Virus record (IMG/VR): IMGVR_UViG_3300032116_000102
Location: 21,560 to 85,559 of that record
Source: a virus
Reading direction: 5' to 3' (one strand)
DNA: 64,000 nt
This document shows, piece by piece, positions 59,084 through 64,000 of the stretch (position 1 is the stretch's first letter; each line of letters begins with the position of its first letter). The notes under the pieces are model-generated. The model saw only the letters and a program-made list of their open reading frames with translations, did no database searches and had not been told where the DNA came from. The position numbers and the translations under genes were made by a program.

Positions 59084-59494
59084 TTAAACCCTGATTAGGT
59101 CAGCTGCAATCACAGCTTCCCAGTCCACACGCTTGATCTGTTTCAATTGCTCAAGGCTGTTAAACTTCTCACCCGATAAGGACATCTGAAGATCTTTGAT
59201 CTCTCGAGCCGTTTTGAGACCGATCCCCTTGATATGATCAGCGATCATTTGCGGGGTGGCGCTGTTGATATTTAAACGCGTTTCGGGTGGGAAAATGCGA
59301 GGCTCTTCTTGTGCTGCTTTATCCTTCACCTGAAGAGTCGCAACTTTTTTGGTTGCAGCTTCATCAGGGGTCAATTCATTTTTGTAAGCGGTGTAAAGGC
59401 GACCGTCTTGGTCTTCAACCATGAACCAATCGCCGTTATCCCATTCGCTTACAACTTTGACGCGAGCGCCAGTTTTACGGTGCTGGTAAAGCAT
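59084..59494 (-). CDS. helix-hairpin-helix (ComEA-like) protein
   Basis: RLNINSAT..IKGIGLKTAREI..FNSLEQL. Confidence 0.75.
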   Translation of the reverse strand: MLYQHRKTGARVKVVSEWDNGDWFMVEDQDGRLYTAYKNELTPDEAATKKVATLQVKDKAAQEEPRIFPPETRLNINSATPQMIADHIKGIGLKTAREIKDLQMSLSGEKFNSLEQLKQIKRVDWEAVIAADLIRV

Positions 59495-59535
59495 AAGGAC
59501 CAGATGTTTTAATTTCTGGTCCTAGTTTAACCTAA

Positions 59536-60342
59536 TCAGCTAACAGTGCGGCCGAGGATATACTCTTCAATATCTTCGTAGCCAGGGGCGTCATCAGGCT
59601 GGATGTAGCACACTTCAACCACCAGGTAACCTTTCAGGCCAGCGTTGAAGTCAGCATCAGCCAGATACACACCACCAGACACGCCGGTGTCAGTGTTAGT
59701 ACCGCGAGCGAACACCTTGAAGGTGGTGGCACCAGACAGAGCCTTGTACACACCAGAAGGACCAACGCCGGTAGCACCGGTAGTGGTCAGGAAAGGAGTG
59801 GAGCCGAGGGCCTGTGTACCAGCGGTGAACAGGATCTTGGTCGAAGCGTCACCAGAGACAGTGGAGGTGAGGTTGGCCTGAGCAATAGGCTCACCCACAC
59901 CGGTCACAGCCACAGGGCCGCTGTCGTTGCGACCAAAGGTCACCACGTTACCGGTAGCAGCGTAGATGCCGGTAGCAACACGGCCGTCACCCCAGCCAGA
60001 AGCAACCGAGATTGCAGCGCGATACACGAAAGCAGGCTGAGTGGCGCTACCAGAGATCACCATGCCGGTGATGTCGGGGCGGGTGTCGTCCTGGCGGTAA
60101 GGCGAAGGAACGATCACATCCATGGTCTGACCCTTGGTGGCTGCGTCACCAGAGGCCCAGGCCACAGGCACATAACCACGCTGTTGGAAGTAGCGGTAAC
60201 CAGGGACGGCCAGCACCGAGGTGGGGCCACCCTTGGAGTAATCATTGCTGCCGTCAGCGGCGACATCAATGTTCTTGTACCAGCCATTCAGGGCGTTGGT
60301 CCAGTTACCTGGATAGATCTTCTTAGAAGACAAGTAGGACAT
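59536..60342 (-). CDS. abundant structural protein (decoration or tube candidate)
   Basis: Directly after the capsid gene; strongly biased codons. Confidence 0.55.
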   Translation of the reverse strand: MSYLSSKKIYPGNWTNALNGWYKNIDVAADGSNDYSKGGPTSVLAVPGYRYFQQRGYVPVAWASGDAATKGQTMDVIVPSPYRQDDTRPDITGMVISGSATQPAFVYRAAISVASGWGDGRVATGIYAATGNVVTFGRNDSGPVAVTGVGEPIAQANLTSTVSGDASTKILFTAGTQALGSTPFLTTTGATGVGPSGVYKALSGATTFKVFARGTNTDTGVSGGVYLADADFNAGLKGYLVVEVCYIQPDDAPGYEDIEEYILGRTVS

Positions 60343-60376
60343 TTATCTCTCCGTTAAGTTGGAATTTATTTCTTTA

Positions 60377-61396
60377 TCAGATGCTGCCGTCGTCCTGGAC
60401 AAAGCTGAAGGCAGTGGTCACAAAGTCCTTGTTCAGGATTTCAAAACCAGCGTACAGTTGCCAGATCAGGATGATGAAGCGGCTGAAGTCATCGTTGTTG
60501 TTGATGAGCACCTGGGCGTTAGGGCCACCGATACCAACACCAATCGACTGAGGACCGAAGAAGTAACCTTGAGCAACTTCTTGGTTGCTGTAGGAAGGAG
60601 AATCGGTGAAGCTTGCGCTAACAGTCTTGGTTGGGAAGTTGGTCGATTCGAAGAACTTCACACCTTCGAACTGAACACCAGTCGGCATCACAGGCTCACC
60701 AGCCAGGAAATAACCCTGACCAGCTTGGGGACCCATGTAGAAGCTGGCGTTGTTAGGCATCATGGGGTTGCCCATGTACATGCCTTGGCCAGGGTTGCCG
60801 CTGTAACGTGCGATCTCACGGAAGTCTGGGTCACGACGCAGATGCATCATGAAAGTAGGATCGCAGATGCAACGATACAGACCATCAGCGAAGGTAGGAA
60901 CGTTGCGCTTACGCAGGTCCTTAACAACGGTCAGCAGGTCAGTACGCACCTGGAACTGCTGCACCTGAGCGGCGTACTCAGCAGAGGTATAGGAGATCGA
61001 ACCGTTGGCAGCTTTGGTCTTGCCACCGGGGAAGTAGTAACCACCCTGGGTGCTGGAAGCTTCACCGTTTGCTTCTGCTTTGGCAAGCTCGTCAATAAAG
61101 ACGCGGTCACGCCAACGGCGATAGTCGTCAAGCAGCGTCAGGCTGCCGATCGACTGGTGGAACATGTTGAGGTTGCCCGAATCCAGAAGCAGGCGCTGAG
61201 CCGTGATCAGGGTTTCGCGAGCAATCTTGAAGGTGCTGGGCTGGGTCGGATCGCCCGGGTCTGCAGGACCGGTGTATTCCTTAAGCACCACCAGGACTTT
61301 CTCCTTGGTGATGTTACGGCTGTTGGCAGTACCGATAGTCTGGTCAGCAATACGCTCACGGCTATCCTTCGTACCAGGGGTACCCCAGAACTTGTA
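60377..61396 (-). CDS. major capsid protein, exon 2
   Basis: 339 aa starting YKFWG; biased codons; NNNDDFSRFIILIW; follows scaffold-like gene. Confidence 0.75.
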   Translation of the reverse strand, partial: YKFWGTPGTKDSRERIADQTIGTANSRNITKEKVLVVLKEYTGPADPGDPTQPSTFKIARETLITAQRLLLDSGNLNMFHQSIGSLTLLDDYRRWRDRVFIDELAKAEANGEASSTQGGYYFPGGKTKAANGSISYTSAEYAAQVQQFQVRTDLLTVVKDLRKRNVPTFADGLYRCICDPTFMMHLRRDPDFREIARYSGNPGQGMYMGNPMMPNNASFYMGPQAGQGYFLAGEPVMPTGVQFEGVKFFESTNFPTKTVSASFTDSPSYSNQEVAQGYFFGPQSIGVGIGGPNAQVLINNNDDFSRFIILIWQLYAGFEILNKDFVTTAFSFVQDDGSI

Positions 61397-62286
61397 CAAA
61401 TGTTATCCCAAAGGTTCTTTATCCCTTGGATCTTACGGTTTATCATCCCGTAAGTTCAGACTATATCATCAAGCAACTTTTGTTACTTGTCCTGCGCTCG
61501 TGCCTTCTTATCGTCTTCATCTGCAAATGCAATGTTAAGACTCGCTGCGTAAAGTTCAGAATTTTTTGTTCTGTTTTTGTAACGCAGGGTCACTTTATTT
61601 TGTAATGTTGAATGCACATAAGGCCGTAACAACGTTACAAAACCAGGCATCTCTCCACTTAAAATTCTTAAACGATAGTGTTTACGATCTAAATAAAGCC
61701 TTGGATTAACACTTGTTAAATCGTGGATCCATGAGGCAATGCTTTTCGCTTCATCTTCAGAACAATAAGTTGCAAGCAGTCCAACATTATTTGAACTAAC
61801 CACGCATCCATCGTCCATCCAAAAAACAGCTAACGCTTCTAAACCAAGCCCATCAAGATACTCTTGTGAAAAAAATTTTTTACCATTCGGATAAAATTTC
61901 TCTCTCAGTGGTACCAGTAGTTTGCTGGTTACCATGGACTGGCAAGAATTATAAGTTTTCAAGGTGCGTTTGTCGTAAACCTTTCTAGAACTAACTTTTC
62001 CGTTTGTCCCAAGCTCTTGATTGACTTTAGACATTTTCCATTCAAGAAAAACTTTTTGTTTTTCAGAATGAGTAAAAGATAAATAACAAGTGTTTTTACC
62101 TTTTGGGTATCCAAGACATCCGTCGCCTAAGGTGCATGCTCTGGAAAAGGAAAGGCTCACTGTGTGACCAAAGGTAGTCGTTGAACCTTCCGACCATTTC
62201 TGGGCGGCTTGGCTGCTGATTGCCCAATGCTATCGCATTGACGGGTTTCCAGCAATTCACAGGATTTAAAGACCGCTACAAATTCA
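61397..62286 (-). ncRNA. group I intron (890 nt, IA-like)
   Basis: P1 AGACCGT/GCGGTCT with U-G; P10 TTGTA/TACAA; AATTGCTGGAAAC, AATCAGCAG, TTCAACGACTA, GATATAGTC; terminal G. Confidence 0.93.
61483..62160 (-). CDS. intron-encoded double-motif LAGLIDADG endonuclease
   Basis: ACTLGDGCL and LAVFWMDDG motifs. Confidence 0.9.
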   Translation of the reverse strand: MSLSFSRACTLGDGCLGYPKGKNTCYLSFTHSEKQKVFLEWKMSKVNQELGTNGKVSSRKVYDKRTLKTYNSCQSMVTSKLLVPLREKFYPNGKKFFSQEYLDGLGLEALAVFWMDDGCVVSSNNVGLLATYCSEDEAKSIASWIHDLTSVNPRLYLDRKHYRLRILSGEMPGFVTLLRPYVHSTLQNKVTLRYKNRTKNSELYAASLNIAFADEDDKKARAQDK

Positions 62287-62430
62287 ACGGTCTAACTGAA
62301 CAGTTTGGCCCGGTTGGCGAGTAAAATCGTGAACAACTACAGGCTCAACCGCCATTTCCGCAACGTATGCGGGGTGAGGGCGATATAACTCAGCCCCGAG
62401 AATCTTAGGGAAGTCGTTGTCAATAAACAC
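62287..62430 (-). CDS. major capsid protein, exon 1 (not in ORF track)
   Basis: GGAGG SD, GTG start, 48 codons MFIDNDFPKILGAELYRPHP..QTVQLDR, joining exon 2 in frame. Confidence 0.85.
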
Positions 62431-62526
62431 TTAGATTATCCTCCAGTGTCAGTGTTTTTATCGGGTGAAAGATAAAGACACAGGTGTCTTATCTAACAAA
62501 AATTTTAGCAGGTGGTAACTTAAAAG

Positions 62527-63045
62527 TTACATGTACTGCATAGTTGGCACGCCCATCCGCGCCATTTCCGTGTTGTTGGAACTGTAACCTTCGGGATCAA
62601 TTCCTTGTTGGAACCCAGGGATTCCAATCGAGCCGGCCAGGCTGCCTGCAGCTAAACCACCCATGCCAGCAAGACCGGCAGCGAGAGGAACGCCTGCAGC
62701 AGCAGCAGCTTCTTGACTAATGCCACGGTTGATGACATCAGCCACAGGACCCATGGCACCACGGGCAACAGCTTGACGCTTACTACCAGCTGGGGCAGAT
62801 GCACCAAGAGCACCAAGGCCTTCAATGGCTTTGGATGCAGCAGCTGCACGGGCAGGGCCTGCATATTTACCAGCCAGACGTGCAGCGCCAAGAGCACCAC
62901 GGGCGCCAAGGCCAGCAGCAATACCACCCAATACGGCGCTACCTGGATCTTCGCCCTGTGCGGCAAGAGCCCCGCCAGCTACCAGACCGGCAGCAGCGGG
63001 GACTCCATATGCGAGCAGAGGACGAGTTTGTCCTAACGGTCGCAT
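62527..63045 (-). CDS. Ala/Gly-rich hydrophobic protein
   Basis: Start trimmed to MRPLGQ. Confidence 0.55.
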   Translation of the reverse strand: MRPLGQTRPLLAYGVPAAAGLVAGGALAAQGEDPGSAVLGGIAAGLGARGALGAARLAGKYAGPARAAAASKAIEGLGALGASAPAGSKRQAVARGAMGPVADVINRGISQEAAAAAGVPLAAGLAGMGGLAAGSLAGSIGIPGFQQGIDPEGYSSNNTEMARMGVPTMQYM

Positions 63046-63050
63046 GTGCC

Positions 63051-63977
63051 TCACTCCATCACGAAGAGTTTGTTGGAAACCATGTTGGGCTGAGCCTGGT
63101 TCAGAACGCGCCATGCATTCTGGGGATCACGCGCCATGATGTCGTTAAAAGTACCCCAGAAGTTGGTGGGCTGCTGAGGTGCAGAAGCTGCAGGGGGAGC
63201 AGGGAACTCGCCATAGAAGGAGGGATCCACTTGCTCAGTCGGATAGCCGTAAGCTTCCAGATCTGCTTCGCCTTCATGCACGGGATATGGACCTTCAGGG
63301 CCAAAGAAGCGAATGGTGTAATCGCTCAGGACATCTGGGTTGGTCAGAATCTCGTTGTATGCCAGATTCTCAGTATGGGACTGAGTAGCGAACTCGGCAT
63401 ACTGCTTGAGGGTGTCGGTCATTTCCTGACCCCAAACAACGGCGCTATCAAGCAGGCCTTCGAGTTGAAGGGCGTAATTATTTAGAATTGCGGGAGCTTC
63501 GCTTCCGAACGCTGCGATTACTTGCTGGCTTTCCTGGCTCAGTCCCTCCAAGGAGGTTGGGGAAGAGCTGGGCGAGTAGGCCTGGTTGGTTGACCAGGTC
63601 TGCTGAGCCGATTGTTGCGTAGCTGGGCTGTTCACCGAACCGTAGTTGGCCTGGCCGTAGCTCGTCGTCGGAGCTGATGGTTGACCCTGGAACGGGGATT
63701 GAACTGGTGCGCTCAGTAGATTCACTACTTTGTTGAACGCCGATTCCCATGGATTCCCCTGTGTTTCCGCCGGTTGGGATTGGGGGGCGTACTGAGTAGG
63801 GGCTGAGGGTTGGTAAACCGGGGCCGCCTGAGGTGCTGCCACCTGGTAATTCACCGGGGCTGCTTGGTACGAGACCGGGGCTTGGCTCGGCTGGTAAGAC
63901 GGAGTCACGTAACTGCTCGGCGCTACTGCCGGAGTCGGGCTCGTCTGTGGGATCGATTGGACGGTAGCGTCCTGCAT
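63051..63977 (-). CDS. probable scaffolding protein
   Basis: Pro/Gln-rich N-terminus, helical middle; upstream of the capsid gene. Confidence 0.5.
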   Translation of the reverse strand: MQDATVQSIPQTSPTPAVAPSSYVTPSYQPSQAPVSYQAAPVNYQVAAPQAAPVYQPSAPTQYAPQSQPAETQGNPWESAFNKVVNLLSAPVQSPFQGQPSAPTTSYGQANYGSVNSPATQQSAQQTWSTNQAYSPSSSPTSLEGLSQESQQVIAAFGSEAPAILNNYALQLEGLLDSAVVWGQEMTDTLKQYAEFATQSHTENLAYNEILTNPDVLSDYTIRFFGPEGPYPVHEGEADLEAYGYPTEQVDPSFYGEFPAPPAASAPQQPTNFWGTFNDIMARDPQNAWRVLNQAQPNMVSNKLFVME

Positions 63978-64000
63978 AACTCATCTCCTTTTGTAAAGCC

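Noticed and set aside
60359-61453. 364-aa + strand ORF and similar long antisense ORFs over the fibre and GT genes
   Set aside because: Shadow ORFs caused by codon bias on the coding strand.

Overview
A 64-kb slice of a tailed dsDNA phage genome, very likely a cyanophage (NblA-like, CP12-like and DUF4278 small proteins; cyanophage-type fibres). Roughly 1-17 kb holds early and replication genes (PcfJ-like, tRNA-Leu, thyX, family A DNA polymerase, SSB, Gp157-like). 17-37 kb holds accessory genes, tRNA-Pro, nucleotide-sugar enzymes (Gmd, ColD/RfbH-like, glycosyltransferases), an exonuclease, a primase-helicase and speD. 37-64 kb holds lysis, fibre and head genes, mostly on the minus strand. Most notable: (1) a short tyrosine recombinase beside a modular tail-fibre gene whose repeat modules carry a 15-bp imperfect palindrome TAGN-N7-ACTW; the same site bounds downstream cassettes and a distant three-gene array at 4.8-5.9 kb, suggesting an integron/shufflon-like system; (2) a group I intron with a LAGLIDADG ORF splitting the probable major capsid gene; (3) three free-standing homing endonucleases that inserted into genes (tRNA-Leu, exonuclease, a small protein) and supplied a recoded replacement end; (4) a covarying H-type pseudoknot in four 5' leaders; (5) a circularly permuted M23 peptidase. 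All family calls are by-eye motif recognition; no searches were run.
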